Positions 1 through 12,990 of a stretch of DNA of 64,000 nt are shown in pieces. Within the stretch, counting starts at the first letter, position 1. The number at the start of each line of letters is the position of its first letter. Both the position numbers and the translations under genes were made by a program. The notes under the pieces are model-generated. The model was given only the letters and a program-made list of their open reading frames with translations, ran no database searches and was not told where the DNA came from. Source of the stretch: Ostrea edulis (taxonomy: Eukaryota); the NCBI RefSeq assembly GCF_947568905.1, contig NC_079171.1:8804001-8868000 (forward strand), in the 5' to 3' direction.

Positions 1-2795
1 TTGAGTTCTTTTTGAAGTGACTCATGAAAAGTAAACGAATGACGTCGTTGAATGACGTCGCGATTATTTAATTGTAACGTTGTTTGTTAAAATGTTCTGC
101 TTTGATGAATTCCTTCTCTTTTTAAAATCAAACATTGATATTTCTGTCTTTATAAAACGAACTCGATACCCCCCCCCCCCTCCCCGAAAAAAAGCAGGAA
201 AAAAATCAAATTGTTTTTGTTTCGCTTTGATACTAATATTAACAAAATTAACAGTACCCAAATTCTGTCTATTTAAAATTTGAATCACACAATGTCAATA
301 ATTGTTATGTTCTATATAATTCAATGGAAAACAGTGTCACTGCCGTTAAAACAATGGTATGTTGAAAACCTAATTACTAAAAAAAAAAACTGTGCTTTTT
401 AATGAAAAACAATTTTCACAGAATTGCATATACATTGTCAAGATACATCGGTCCAATTTTCAGGTGGGGTTTTCGAGTGGGTAAAAAAGGTCTAAACCCG
501 CGACCTACGTTAAATCGCCAGGTTTTGATTGATACAAAAACAAGCATGTAAATCAGCATTCAAGGAGAATGGAAATACAAAAACTGGTTATCATCTCACT
601 GTATTGCGTTGCTTGCACGTTGACGATGCGGTGTTAAAATAGTATTTTTCTGTTCACAAACTTTTCAATATCACAAAGCTGTAAAAAGGCGCCAGGAACA
701 TTTTTCTTCTCTCCAAATATTATGGGCAGCACTAAACGCCGCCATAGTGCCGTATTGCAGTAGTAAAATGTTAAAGAGTCAATATCTGCAGTGATATACA
801 ATATTCGTTTTCAAAATTTTAACATCTTTGAATCAAGAGCTATCAGAATATACGTAGGTGTACAAGTTGATAAGACGAAAACTATTTATAAAGCGTCCAG
901 GAACGAGGCGGCGGATTGAACTAATAAGATATAACTTTTAAAGGAGTCCGTGTATGTCTTTATTTGGAAATGAAATAATGCATTTTTGGACCAAGGACTA
1001 TCAGTTTGGGTGATGTAATGAAGAACAAATGAGGGGATGTTGTGTCGAAATACAGTGCAGTCCTATAATAATTCACATGTTTGTTCTGAAATATTCATTC
1101 TTGTGTCCATGTTGATTGACTCATCTTGTGGCTGCACAGTATTCACGACATTGGTACATTTTACATGCCTTGATGTATGAATTCATAGAAAACAATCTAC
1201 GCGCTTTTTACAAAAGAACTTACGACTTACGACAAAACTTTACATACTGGAATTTTCAGGTTTATTGTCAGGTCACTCCAACTGCAATTTTTTTTAAAAT
1301 GTTAAATTAAGCCTCAGAAAAGTTTTACTTCATTCACTTAAAGTAATAAATGTGTAATACAATTTAAGACTTGCGACTTTGCCGTAAGTTGATTTGGAAA
1401 ACGTAGCACAGAGTAGTGAATCTATCGTATGGATATATAAATTTATATGTGTAACGTGCAACGCCTGCCGTGACACGGACCTCCGTTTTAAGGTCATGTC
1501 GGAGAGATCCGTGGTCCTTCTTAATGCAGAATGTTTTGGGAAAGAGCAGGCATCATCTATGTTTACGTCTTGGGATTGACTTCCCGGTTACGAAGTGAAA
1601 GCTCTACCACTGAGCTACTGCGACCAGTATCAAATCGATTTTCTCATAAGATACACAATATTGCTTTAAAAACTATATTACATAGAATGTCTTAGATATA
1701 TATTGATCAATCAAATTCGTCGGGAAATTCAGAAAACCCGTGCTTCCGTCTCATACTTCGTTCGCGTTTCACAAGTGGGTCTAGAGTGTTGAAATTGATA
1801 AAATTGTGTACGAATTACATGTGAAAGGTGATATAAAGGACTAGGTGTATTTATCAAAAAGCATGCTTTCGGGAAATAGTTACTATCTACCAAACAAATG
1901 AAGTAGGCAAAGCCATGAAATGACAGAGAAAGACGAGTTTGAATCAGCGACTTGAACACTGTAGACCCACCCGTGACACGTGAAGTGCACAGGTACCGGT
2001 TTCTGAAATTCGGTGACAAATTTGATTGATAACGATGAATGTACGATAACGTTTGCAATAGGATTTTTTCAGAATTATTGTATGTCTTATTGCCAATGTG
2101 TATTTAGAGGGTTCTACGAAATGAGAATTCAGAATCGGATATGAAGCCATATGAAGTCTAGGTGTTGTACAAGTAATCATATCTAATCCCAACAAAGGGA
2201 ACGTATTACAAATATAAGTATATTACACACACTTGAACACCAAATCAAGATGAGTTGATGGGGGCTAACAATAATAGGGGAGACAATGCCTAATGTGTGT
2301 CCGTTACAGGTGTCCGAATCGATTTTGAGAAGGGATTGAACTAATTTACTGCATCAACATCAATGTAAATATTGAAGTATATCACGGACCTTTCCACCTG
2401 TGTTTAAGAACGAATTATAACACTACTTTTTGTTCATCCTAAAGTTATTGCCAGTGTTTAAGACATAATGACCTCCTCAAGGGTGTCACAGTAGACATTA
2501 GTAAGATGAAGGCGACTCGCCCCTACTGTCATGGATATCTTGTATATTACCGAAGTCATCTTCACAAGTCAACGGTTATTGATTCGTTACATCGCACCAC
2601 AGGGGCTTAGCCCGATTTGGGCCCGAATGCAATAAATGATATCACAAGAGTTTGGGCCCAAAACGGGCTTAGCCTCTATGCTTCGCACTAACACTTGACA
2701 TCAGTCGCTATATAAAAGTTCGGCTCATTTAGATCATTACACAACCTACTATAGATAGAACATCCAATGAAATCATTGCATCTTGTTATGGTGTA
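1..2795. repeat. Segmental duplication block A (paralogous to 50838-53550)
   Basis: Collinear match to 50838-53550, from 'ttctttttgaagt...gaatgacgtcgcgattatttaattgtaac' to 'catccaatga(a)tcattgcatcttgttatgg'. A hand-aligned 180-nt sample gave about 93% identity. The left end may extend beyond the window. Confidence 0.93.
1487..1627 (-). mobile_element. Degenerate tRNA-derived SINE fragment (also at ~52327-52483 in the duplicated block)
   Basis: Minus strand has A-box TAGCTCAGTGG followed by body 'gaccttaaaacggaggtccgtgtcacggc', matching the SINE body at 41867-42199; the B-box is deleted. Confidence 0.6.
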
Positions 2796-3307
2796 CATGG
2801 ATACAAATGACGCAATCTCATACTGCTGTATTGATTGTAATATTTACACCACTAATTATGTTTATTGATTGTACATCAAGTTTTAAAATATTTGCGCATA
2901 AGATAATATTGCTTAAAACGATTCGAATAGCCGTATCAATAGCCATATCAATACGCAAGTTTTTATTTGAATCTCTCCTTCGCGTTGTTATAAATAGAAC
3001 CGCTTTCTCATTGGTTCCCACTCTTGTGTGGAAACAATCAGAACAACCCCAACTTTTTGATAAGCACTGATGTTAAAGGGTTAGTGTGAGGTAAAGAATC
3101 AATATCCCTTTAATTTCGAAGATGTCCCGAAGTTAGCAGTGTCTTTATATGCGTGAAAGCCGGTGGGTGCCAGGGCATATAGTTAATGTACATTAATCTT
3201 GCGGTCAATACTTAATTCATATGGCGACCGCTACTTAATCTACCAGACGAGTGTCGGTGATTAAATTAATATTCTTTAGTTATTATGATACTGATAATCA
3301 TAATATG

Positions 3308-3309
<2 letters not shown>

Positions 3310-3376
<67 letters not shown>
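3310..3376. repeat. (CT)n microsatellite
   Basis: About 33 CT units with one interruption. Confidence 0.98.
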
Positions 3377-3952
3377 CAAAAATAAAAGGGGATCAACTAC
3401 TGTAACCGATTGTGTTGTTAGTTCACAAAGTTATATGAATGCTCTTGATATCAAATGTCGACAAATATTTTCGCGCACGAAAAAATCTTACTGTGTACTT
3501 TATGGACTAACGTATTGTGTACGTGGAACAAAAGGGCCGTCCTCAACCATTGGCAACGTTTATTTTTTCGTTATTTTACATGCAAATTATGTTATTTTTA
3601 CAGGTAAAATAAGAAAAATGGTGGAGTTAGCCATCACTCCATTCATTTGATGGTACTAATGAAAGTTAAATATTTAACCTTGACTGAACTGATGAATTGA
3701 AAGACCAAGGGAGCTGACAATTTAGGAGTATAAAGCTTGGACAAAAGAGAGATTTTGATATTTTAGTTCTGCTTTGTTAGCAATTCTAGAAGACAAATTC
3801 TCCTCCGGCTGTTCCAACACTTTAATAACTCATGCTACGAGGCTGTGGACTATTTTCTACTCTTACAAAACTAACAACTTAGTAGTACGAAGGTGTTTTT
3901 AAATAGACAGTCGGCATGTGTAAATTAAGGGACGGCTGCCATATAATTTACG

Positions 3953-4030
3953 TGGTGTGTCCAGGGGTCCGTGTTTGTATTCCTTATAAGAGTGATGAGA
4001 TTAATCAATGTTCGTTATCTACACCTTTTC
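3953..4030 (+). mobile_element. 3' tail fragment of Penelope-like (Naiad-type) retroelement
   Basis: 'ggtgtgtccaggggtccgtgtttg...atgagatt...gttcgttatct(a)cacctt' matches the tail of the RT-bearing copy at 25255-25900. Confidence 0.65.
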
Positions 4031-6105
4031 ATTTAAAAACTTTAACAATAATAATTTCTTCTTAAATCGCATGGCATCAGCCATTTTCCGAGGTGCGTTA
4101 TTGTTAATCAGATTTGCCATTAGATAACTGTTTCACGCCTGAGTTTATTGGATAATTGTATTGTCATTCATGTATTGTGATAAAAAAAAATTTTTAACTC
4201 TGATAACTGTGAATTAATAATGTAACACAGAAATTAACTTTATTCATTGTATTTATGCTTCACCTTCGGAAAATCCACAGCTCTATTTAATTTTCACTAT
4301 TTAAATTTCGCGTCCCTATCTAAACTCCACAACTCTATTTAATTTTCTCTATTCAAATTCTGGATTTCTATTTGAATCCCACAGTTCTATTTAATTTTCA
4401 CAATCTAAATCCCGCATCTCTATCTAAATGTCACTGTTATATTCAAATTCCACAGCTCCATTATTTAGAATGACACGGCCCTATTTAATTTAATTGATTA
4501 TGCTTTATGCTTATTATACGTTAAATATTTTCAGCAGGACTTGACACAAACAAATAAATGAACGTGTGGATGTCTGATGATGCCTGGACAGGTAATAAAG
4601 CTATTAGTGGGTTGTATTTATTTATTAATTTCTTTTTTGTAATATACACAAACAGTACATTTCATAAGAAAGACTGTTTATAACATGGCTACAGTGTTCT
4701 CAGTTTTGCATTTTAACTCGGACACTGGTTAACAGGACCGGTCACCAGGTAGAGTTACCGGTCCTGCACCAAAGTTGTTCGTCCTACTCGCGACTCAAAA
4801 TATGAAATATGTGCTGTATAACTTGTCAATCTTTTGCATTATCATTTTTCATATGGCTGAATCAAATAAAATTATCTCCATTTTCCAAAATTCTTCTTTC
4901 AAAAATGATAAGAGTGGTCAGCTCAAGGCCATTAATAATTACATCAATCTCTTTGAAAAACTCTGGAAGTTTACAACTACATGTAGAATATAATTATATT
5001 CATTATAAGAGTCATAATACCTTCTGTTTTAAACTGGAGACACATAAAATCGTGCTTCAAAGGAGAGTGGGGAATGGGGAAGTCGGAAACTTGGCCTGCT
5101 TAAAATTCCTTATAAACAATTAAAAATGGCCGAGTTTCGAAATCTTAAATTGTGGGCGCATGGGATGGGGAAATAAAGGGGATTTGAAGACTTCATGAAC
5201 TAAAACAGCTAAAATTTTACCTGAATATCATACTATTTCAGTGTAAATGAAATTATACATTTTCTAAAAGAAAATGATATAGCTTAATTATCTTTGCATT
5301 TTGCTGATAAACAAAAATAATGGAGCGATAAGCATTATTGAGTAAACACGACAAGCCGACAGTAATTACGGACACTTGCAGGTTGCTCGATAGATAATGC
5401 ACAGATGTTAGAAATAACTTGTGTACGTGGTCAGTGGGTAAGGATGCACTAACTGACCACCGGGGTCAGTTCAGAAATAAGTAGCTTCTCACATAGAGTC
5501 AGGGAGATGAGGATGCTGAATTCCCATATTAGGATAAGCGTTATTTAAGAATAATAATAGGTGGAATAAAAACGCGCGCAAGGCGAACAGTCGTCAGAAT
5601 TCCTTGGCTAAATTCTGACGAAGTCTTGCTGTTTTTAGGTGCTGAGGACGCTATACATCAAAGTTAACGGGTTAGACTTTTCGCATTCGAATTGAGATTG
5701 GTTCAGTGGTTATCGCTAAAGGAATTTATTTAGTTTATAATCCATAAAGGGAGACTGAACTTGTATTAATTCCACTGACCTAAGACCCTCTAATTATAAA
5801 GAATACCCAGAATACAGAAAATTCATAAATATCATAACAAGAGAATAAACGTTATTATATAAACTTCAAATCCTCAAATCAGTGGCGAAGGGGTTGGGGG
5901 TACTCAGACTTCGCTACATGGGTTAAATTCATAACTTTCCAGCACATATTATCATTCACTACTGCCATCAAAATATGGAATTTGGAGACTAGAGGTAGCA
6001 GTCCCAATACATCTTTATTTCCTATGTAGGGGAATAAGATTTGAAATTTCAATTTATACTTTAAAAATAAACAATTTTGATTGTGCTCTTTCTAACTGTA
6101 GAATA

Positions 6106-6348
6106 GATCCCCATTATCCCTTGCTTGTCGTAAGAGGCGACTAAATGGGGCGGTCCTTCGGATGAGACCGCAAAAACCGAGGCGCCGTGTCACAGCAGGT
6201 ATGGCACAATAAAGATCCCTCCCTGCGCAAAAACTGTAATCGCCGAGCATAAACCTAAATTTTGCAACACTTCACCGGCAGTGGTGACGTCTCCATATGA
6301 GTGAAATATTCTCGAGAGGACGTTAAACAATATTTAATCAATCAATCA
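6106..6348 (+). mobile_element. 5'-truncated bivalve SINE (Deu/Nin-like core, (CAAT)n tail)
   Basis: 'cccttgcttgtcgtaagaggcgactaaa' core, then 'gtgtcacagcaggt...ggtgacgtctccatatgagtgaaa' shared with the SINEs at 41867 and 21480, then an aatcaatcaatc tail. Confidence 0.75.
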
Positions 6349-6817
6349 GTCTAATTGATCTTGCTATTTAAATCAATATGAATATTTGCTCCTGGGTTAA
6401 TGTTAGAAGTGGAAGTATTTGTTTTTGTGCAATAGGGAAGCTCCACCTCAATGCAATTTTGTACACCCACATTCTGTCTTTAAAATGAAGGAATTTGTCA
6501 TTTCGTTCTCCGGTTCGAGATGAGTTCTTATTCAGCCGAACACTTATCTAATCTATGTGTGCCTGTTATGTACATGTATGTTTCTCCTTAACCACAGGGT
6601 CACAGTCAGATAATTTTATAAACTTAAAGCATTTAGGCACGGATCTAGTAAAAATCAATTTCAGGAAGCGAACTCCTCCATCTAAAAAAAAAATCATAAT
6701 TGAAATTGAATAGTTTGCGAATAAATCTAGTGTTTCTAATTTTGGAGTATCAATACATTAATCAACTGGCACCCACGTATCACCGTGTTAAATCATTCTT
6801 TATATAAATAGAAACCA

Positions 6818-6875
6818 AACCTTAACCAGCACCCCGCCCCAAAAAAGGATTAGGCATATTTATGTCCCACATAGC
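6818..6875 (+). promoter_or_regulatory. Predicted branch point (CCTTAAC) and 3' splice site of the TRIM-1 5'UTR intron
   Basis: aaaccttaac followed by tttatgtcccacatAG at 6873-6874. The same pair recurs at equivalent positions before all TRIM paralogues. Confidence 0.6.
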
Positions 6876-7027
6876 TTTCCATGTCTCTGAATATTCTGCC
6901 TACGTCACAGTTTTGTCCCGTTTCTGAAGACATTTTCAGTGTGTGTTTTCTGCACGTCGATGTTGCGGACATTGTATTCTCTATATCTACACGGACAGTG
7001 AAATTTATGATTTATGTGCTTTTTGGC

Positions 7028-7162
7028 ATGACAACGTCGACCATCGACTCTTCATTTACAGATGCAAACATAATGTGTTCCATTTGTTTCGAAAAAGAAG
7101 TTGAACTGCGAGGTTACGACAAATTCGTCGAATTTGAAATGAAACCGAAAGTTGATTTGTAA
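7028..7162 (+). other. uORF (44 aa) homologous to the TRIM N-terminus
   Basis: MTTSTIDSSFTDANIMCSICFEKEVELRGYDKFVEFEMKPKVDL*. The first 23 aa align to MATSLDSSSMEDVTLCSICFEK. It stops 7 nt before the main ATG. Confidence 0.7.
7141..7152 (+). promoter_or_regulatory. IRF-E/ISRE-like element GAAACCGAAAGT
   Basis: Exact match to the IRF-E consensus GAAA(G/C)(T/C)GAAA(G/C)(T/C), 17 nt before the ATG; conserved in all five paralogues. Confidence 0.6.
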
Positions 7163-7169
7163 TATAAAG

Positions 7170-9031
7170 ATGGCAACATCACTAGACAGCTCTTCGATGG
7201 AGGATGTTACATTGTGTTCTATATGTTTCGAAAAGTTCAAGTCGCCGAGGTTTTTACCGTGTACACATTCTTTCTGTCACGGGTGTTTATCGTCCTACAT
7301 CGTGAGCTTGTGTAAATCTACGGAGACTCGTTTAGGATTTAATTGTCCATTATGCCGTGAGTATACGCCCAGTCCTGGCGCCTTCGATGAGCCAGACGAG
7401 TGGGCGGGGCTTTTTCCTGTGAATGCAATGTTGAGGAAAATTTTAGACAAATCAGACCAATTGCTTTGTGAGCCATGCTTGAGAGAAAAAGAAGAAGAGG
7501 AGGCCTCGGACTACTGCTTTTCATGTTTAGAACATTTATGCAAAATGTGTACGAAGTACCACAGGAAGAATTTGTCGTCACGAGACCACAAAGTATCTCC
7601 ATTGAATGAACTGAAATCGGCGAACAGAAGATCCATTGTTGATATCTCAAACAGCTGTGCCACGCATAAGGATGAAAAAGTTAGGTTATATTGCTTTGAT
7701 AACGAACAGTCCTGTTGCGCAATGTGTGGTGGCATGGAACATAGGAAATGTGAGCAGTTTGATACTATTGAAAATGTTGTACGTGTTTTTAAGGAAAGCG
7801 GCAAGGTTGACTCCATTATGGATGATGTAAACAAGTGTAAAAGTAAATTAGAAAATGCCAAAAACGAAGAAGAGAAGAACATAACGAAAATTCGGTTGAT
7901 GAAATGATAGCAAGATCGGAAGAGGATTTTAAAACTCTCCTTGACCACTTGCAGAAATTGCAACAGGAACATATAGAAGAAATATCCAGTTCTCTGAAGA
8001 AAAGCAAGGAAAAATTGTAAACATGCATAGGCACCTTAACGGACGGAATACAATGTGCAGAGTATTGCAGCAAAATGTTTGAGCAAGCCAGAATCAGTGA
8101 AAATGAAACGGACTTCATGATGAAGTTTCATACGTCAAAAATAACGTACGAACATTTAAAACACGTGAATTTTTCACGAAAGCGCATCATGATTTCCCCA
8201 AAAAAAGATCCTATTTTGACGGAAATCGTGGATATGACAGCTCTTTCTGACGTTCACCATACTGAATCCTCTCGTCAACTTTATTTTGATGTTCGAACTG
8301 TAGAAATGTCTTTGATAAAGGAATTTAGCATTGATGGGGATGTCGTGTGCGATGGTATATTTCTGTCTAATGGCACTTTTGTGATAGCGGATTACAGAGA
8401 TGATGGGAAATGCATGTTTTTTGACAAACATTGGGTCCCCAGTATATTTGGTGAAAGTCTTAAGAAACCATTTGGTTTGATAGAAAACGATGAAGAAGTT
8501 CTTGTGACTTGTAGCGGCTCAAAAAGTATTGAAGTATTTTCTTCATCAGATTTACAGAAACTTCGAAGTATTCCCATGACTGAATCAGTTTCTGGAATAA
8601 CACACCGGAGGGGTGACATATATGTTGCGTGTGGAAAGAAAATCATTAAAATCGATAGCGTGGGTAGGATATTGAAAATATACGATGTAGAAGGGGCAAA
8701 TAATGTAAATATACTTGCAACAAACACTGGACTTATTGTGTACAGTGATTGGAAAATAGAAAAAGTGACAGCGATAACCGATCAGGGAGACATTGTCTGG
8801 AAGTATAAAAATCGTAACCTGAAATGTCCATCTGGAATCGATCAAGACTCTGTCGGTAACATATACGTTACAGGAAGAGATAGCAACAACGTCCACGTGT
8901 TGTCTGGAACCGGGGAACTTATTAGGGTGTTCGAAGACATCCCGAGCCCGACCTTCTTTAAATTAATTGAAGAGAGGGGCATTATATGTGCTTTTGATAT
9001 ATCAAAACGCATAAGAGTGTTTGAAGTTTAA
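7170..9031 (+). pseudogene. TRIM-1: RING-Bbox-Bbox-coiled coil-NHL-like TRIM E3 ligase pseudogene
   Basis: C3HC4 RING (CSIC..CTHSFCHGC..CPLC), two B-boxes and a propeller (LSNGTFVIAD, PSGIDQDSVGNIYVTG). Frameshift near 7889 (apparent 7-nt deletion versus the paralogue IENSVDE) and an in-frame TAA at 8018-8020. ATG 7170 is taken from paralogue alignment. Confidence 0.92.
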
Positions 9032-9077
9032 GTTTCCCAGGAACATGACATTACATTGATTCTGAACAACAACAGTC

Positions 9078-9142
9078 CTATTGTATATTGTATTCCTTAT
9101 AGGAGTTACGAGATTGATCGCTGTTTGTTATCTTCACCTTTC
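9078..9142 (+). mobile_element. Naiad-like retroelement 3' tail fragment
   Basis: 'ttgtattccttataggagttacgagattgatcgctgtttgttatcttcacctt' matches the family tail. Confidence 0.65.
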
Positions 9143-10523
9143 CTATAAAATGTTAGCTGCGCTAATGCAGCCCTCTCCGATTCTTTCTTTCTTTCTTTTT
9201 GAGGGGGCTACAACTCCTTAGGATTTCCGTAATGGTGCAAATGCGAGAGTGATTCACTCCCGCAACATTTTTGATCATTTTAAACATTTGCTGACTTCCT
9301 TTACGTAATTGAAATTATATTCTCTATTTCTTAGTCGATATATGAATTTACAACCTGCAACTTTTCGATGTATTCCAATTTCTTGATTCATATTTGTGTG
9401 CCATCTTTGATGTACTGAAGTTTCAACTTCCAGTTGTCAAATTATTTGCATATGCCATATAAGGTAGTGTTTACATCAATGGACGAGCACGGAGGTGAAA
9501 GCGATTTCGTCGGTATTAAAATATCAAGTTAAAAATCAACAGCAGAGTGTACGTTTTTCGGCCACCACATGATTTGTCCTTTTTTGTCGGAATGACTCAA
9601 GTAACTACATTTTCGCGCTGATTGTCAATGTTGAGGTTTTTCAGTAGATTTACTGACGAGATCTCGCGATAATAAGAATGGCATAGCAAACCAAGAATCT
9701 TGAATGTTGTAAATATATTTCATTAAAAACACCTTTCTCAAACAATAATCAATCAATCATTCAAACATGCCCAAGCACAAAGTCGGTAGTATTTAGTGTG
9801 TAAACAACAGCATTGGATACAAATACAAGGATTTTATTAAAGGTTATTCATTAAAAAAATATTGGCATCATTACGAAGATCTCGTGGACTTCTACCCCTA
9901 TCCTGAAAACGTCTGAATAAAAAAGGAGAGGATTAGATTATTGCAGCATATAAAATGTCAAACAATCTATTTAAAACATTCGTTGCTCATCAAAAACACT
10001 CAGGACATAGCGAATCAAAGTTGATATTGATAGAAATAAAAACATGTGAATTTGATATTAATCTTTTTTCCCGATTTAACCTTTTCAGAATGATTATCAG
10101 GCCCTTCCCTAACCTGTAAAATATGTAATTAAAGTGAATAAAGTATATCTTGACTGTATGTCATTTAACATTCAAAGGTAATTTTATGAAATTAGTCGTC
10201 ACTATTTCTTGGTATCTATTTTTCGCCGAAATATTAACAATTCGTAGTTAGCCATTTACGAAATTTGTCCCTGCATTATGTTTAAGCCCGGACTAAGAAT
10301 GCAAGTTTTATCACTCGTGTATATACTTAGTTTTGCTCAGTCGGAAATATACGATAGAACAATCATATAGACGAAAAGTGACACTGCTTGCTATGAAAAA
10401 TACCATCAAGCCCATGACTCTTGTCCGTTCATACCGTGTTAGAGTTGAAATATCACATCAGAACAAAACGCACGCCATACAAGTGTAAATCAGATGTTCG
10501 TTATCTCCATTTGTTCATTCTTT

Positions 10524-10592
10524 TTAATTAACAACTACAATTAATTAACAACTACAATTAATTAACAACTACAATTAATTAACAACTACAAT
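10524..10592. repeat. 17-bp tandem repeat (ttaattaacaactacaa) x4
   Basis: Four near-perfect copies about 130 nt past the TRIM-2 stop codon. Confidence 0.95.
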
Positions 10593-10720
10593 ACTACAGA
10601 GAATCAAAGTTTCATATTTGTTCTTTATATCCAACATTTGAAGATATAGAAAAAAAATACTATTCTAATGTTCTGCATAAACTTCACTGTCATCACAACA
10701 CTGAGAGAGGAGCGATGGGA

Positions 10721-12625
10721 TTATTTGAATTGGTACACTTTGATGTGTTTTCGATTGCTACACACGCAACATGTATTTCTCGCTTTGTTTATTTTCATAA
10801 AGTCTGGTCTCGGAATGTCCTCAAAAAGTCGAATTAATTTGCCTTCACCGGACAACACATGGACATTGTCACTGGATTTACCAGCGACATAGATATTACC
10901 ATCAGAGTCCGTATCAAGGCCACACGGAGATTTAAGATGTGGACTGTCGTATGTCCACGCGGTTTGACCTCCATCTGTAATCGCTGTTACGACGTGTTTT
11001 TTTCTGTTACTGTATATAATGTGGTTTTTCGTGGCGACGATGTGCTTCACGCCAGTCTCTACACTGTACTCTTTCATTAATCTTTCATACTCGTTTATCT
11101 TCACGATTTTGTCATTGCATGCACAGTATAAGTAAGCATCCTTCTTTGCTATTCCAAAGTTTTTGTGAAGACTGGTGAATATCATATTTGATGATTTGGA
11201 ATAAGAGTAAAGTGATACCCTTTCAATGGATCTTGAACCGTGGCATGCCACTAATAATTCTCGTGCCTTTTCACACAGACCGAAAGGTTCTGAAGACAAG
11301 TCAATGGATCTTGTGCACGCAAACACTTTGTTATAAAAGAAGCATTTACCATTGTTGCTCCTTTTACAACCCCGCCTTTTTGTCGACAGCCATGATAGAA
11401 CGAACTCTCCATTTGATAAAAACGTACCATCACGTACGCAGCCTGCATCAATGCTAAAATGATTTAATAAAGATAACTCAACTCTTCTCAGATCAGACTT
11501 GACATCAAATAGGGACTCTGAAAATACTGCATCAGGAAAACTTTCAAGATCCATGATATCTTCCAAAATAGGATCCTTTCCTTCCTTAAGCCCTATGCGT
11601 ATTTGTGTAAATTCGTAATTTTTGAGTTGTTCAAATATTTTTCTGCTTTTATAGTACTTCACAACCATATCGATGTCATCCTGACTTTTTCTACAATCCT
11701 CAATATTTCTGTAACAGTAATCTGTGCATTGAATTCCATCTGATAGCGTGTCTATGCATTTTTCGTATTTTTCTTTATTTCTCTTTACAGCGGTAGCCAT
11801 TTTTGTTAGATACTCATTTTGCAGATGCTGCAAGTGATCGATAGCAACCCGAAATTCTCTCGTGGTATTCTCTGTAATCTGGTCTGCTTTATCATCCATT
11901 TCTGTAACGAACCTTTCTTGTTCCTTCTTTGCATCTACTAATTTGTTTTCAAGAATATGTATGTCTTCAGACAGGCTGTCGAAATTATGACTAAGAATCT
12001 CTCTGAGAGTCTCAGCAGTTTTCTTTATAGCATCAACACTTTCACATTTTCTGTGTTCCGTACTGACACACATTGCGCAGCATGGCTCTTCGTGATCGTT
12101 GCAAAATAGCTCTAGTTTTCTATCCTGATGTGTTGAACACATATTTTCTCTACCAATTCTCGGTGTAATATTCATTCCTTTCATTTTATTCACTGGTACT
12201 GTCTTATGGTCAAGTGTTGTTAGACTTCTTTTATGATATTTTGTACACAATTTGCACAAATATTCCATGCAAAAGAAACAAAAATCGGTTGCATACTCTA
12301 CTTCGCTCTGTCGTAAGCAAGCCTCGCATTGTGTTTGTTCTGATTCCTGTAAAAGTTTTCCTAATACTTCGTTTTCAGGGAAAAGTTCTGCCCACTTCTC
12401 TGGCTCACCCAAGGCATTATCAATGGGAATGTACTCACGGCATAATGGACAATTAAATCCCAAACGAGGCTCCGTAGATTTACACACATTATCAATGTAG
12501 GAAGATAAACACTTGTGACAGAAGGAATGTGTACACGGTAAAAACCTCGGCGACTTGAACTTTTCGATACATATCGAACAAAATGTAACATCCTCCGTTG
12601 TAGAGCTGTCTAGTGAAGTTGCCAT
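10721..12625 (-). CDS. TRIM-2: intact RING-Bbox-Bbox-coiled coil-NHL-like TRIM E3 ligase (634 aa), inverted relative to paralogues
   Basis: Uninterrupted ORF from ATG 12625 (MATSLDSS...). RING, B-box1 (CEAC..CFFCMEYLCKLC..H..H), B-box2 (CSTH..CNDH..CAMC..HRKC), coiled coil, and NHL-like repeats (SPCGLDTDSDGNIYVAG). Confidence 0.95.
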   Translation of the reverse strand: MATSLDSSTTEDVTFCSICIEKFKSPRFLPCTHSFCHKCLSSYIDNVCKSTEPRLGFNCPLCREYIPIDNALGEPEKWAELFPENEVLGKLLQESEQTQCEACLRQSEVEYATDFCFFCMEYLCKLCTKYHKRSLTTLDHKTVPVNKMKGMNITPRIGRENMCSTHQDRKLELFCNDHEEPCCAMCVSTEHRKCESVDAIKKTAETLREILSHNFDSLSEDIHILENKLVDAKKEQERFVTEMDDKADQITENTTREFRVAIDHLQHLQNEYLTKMATAVKRNKEKYEKCIDTLSDGIQCTDYCYRNIEDCRKSQDDIDMVVKYYKSRKIFEQLKNYEFTQIRIGLKEGKDPILEDIMDLESFPDAVFSESLFDVKSDLRRVELSLLNHFSIDAGCVRDGTFLSNGEFVLSWLSTKRRGCKRSNNGKCFFYNKVFACTRSIDLSSEPFGLCEKARELLVACHGSRSIERVSLYSYSKSSNMIFTSLHKNFGIAKKDAYLYCACNDKIVKINEYERLMKEYSVETGVKHIVATKNHIIYSNRKKHVVTAITDGGQTAWTYDSPHLKSPCGLDTDSDGNIYVAGKSSDNVHVLSGEGKLIRLFEDIPRPDFMKINKARNTCCVCSNRKHIKVYQFK

Positions 12626-12642
12626 TTTTCTATCACAATTCA

Positions 12643-12654
12643 ACTTTCGCTTTC
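12643..12654 (-). promoter_or_regulatory. IRF-E/ISRE-like element GAAAGCGAAAGT
   Basis: Exact IRF-E match on the minus strand, 17 nt before the TRIM-2 ATG. Confidence 0.6.
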
Positions 12655-12663
12655 AGTTCGAAT

Positions 12664-12762
12664 TCAGCGTACCCGTTTTAGCCTCGGCGTTATAAATTTT
12701 CCGAAACAAATGGAACACCCCGTGATGTCTGTAAATGAAGTATCGATTGTAGACGTTGTCAT
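12664..12762 (-). other. uORF (32 aa): truncated duplicate of the TRIM N-terminus
   Basis: MTTSTIDTSFTDITGCSICFGKFITPRLKRVR* aligns without gaps to MATSLDSSTTEDVTFCSICIEKFKSPRF (13/28 identical, hand count). Confidence 0.8.
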
Positions 12763-12945
12763 TGCTGACAAGAAAATAAACCATAAATTCACTGCCCTTG
12801 TATATTAAGAGTCTAATGCACCGTCCTTCCCATGAGAATCATTGGACAAAACGTGCATTCACACTGATAAAAGTGCAACGAGTTATAAAACAAGTATGTT
12901 ACGTAGATCTCTGCCCGGAAGTATAGTATTCGGGAACATGGAAGC

Positions 12946-12990
12946 CTATGTCGGACATAAGTAATTTAGATAGGAGATTAAAGGTTTAAA
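12946..12990 (-). promoter_or_regulatory. Predicted 3' splice site of the TRIM-2 5'UTR intron
   Basis: Minus strand ttatgtccgacatAG|gcttccatg is homologous to the acceptor motif of the other paralogues. Confidence 0.55.

Noticed and set aside
3689-4600. CTGATGA motifs at 3689 and 4574 as hammerheads
   Set aside because: The first lacks stem II, the second lacks the GAAA core, and no stem I or III was found.
9250-9650. Minus-strand stretch with a coiled-coil or B-box-like flavour
   Set aside because: Multiple stops and no convincing motif; cannot be supported without a profile search.
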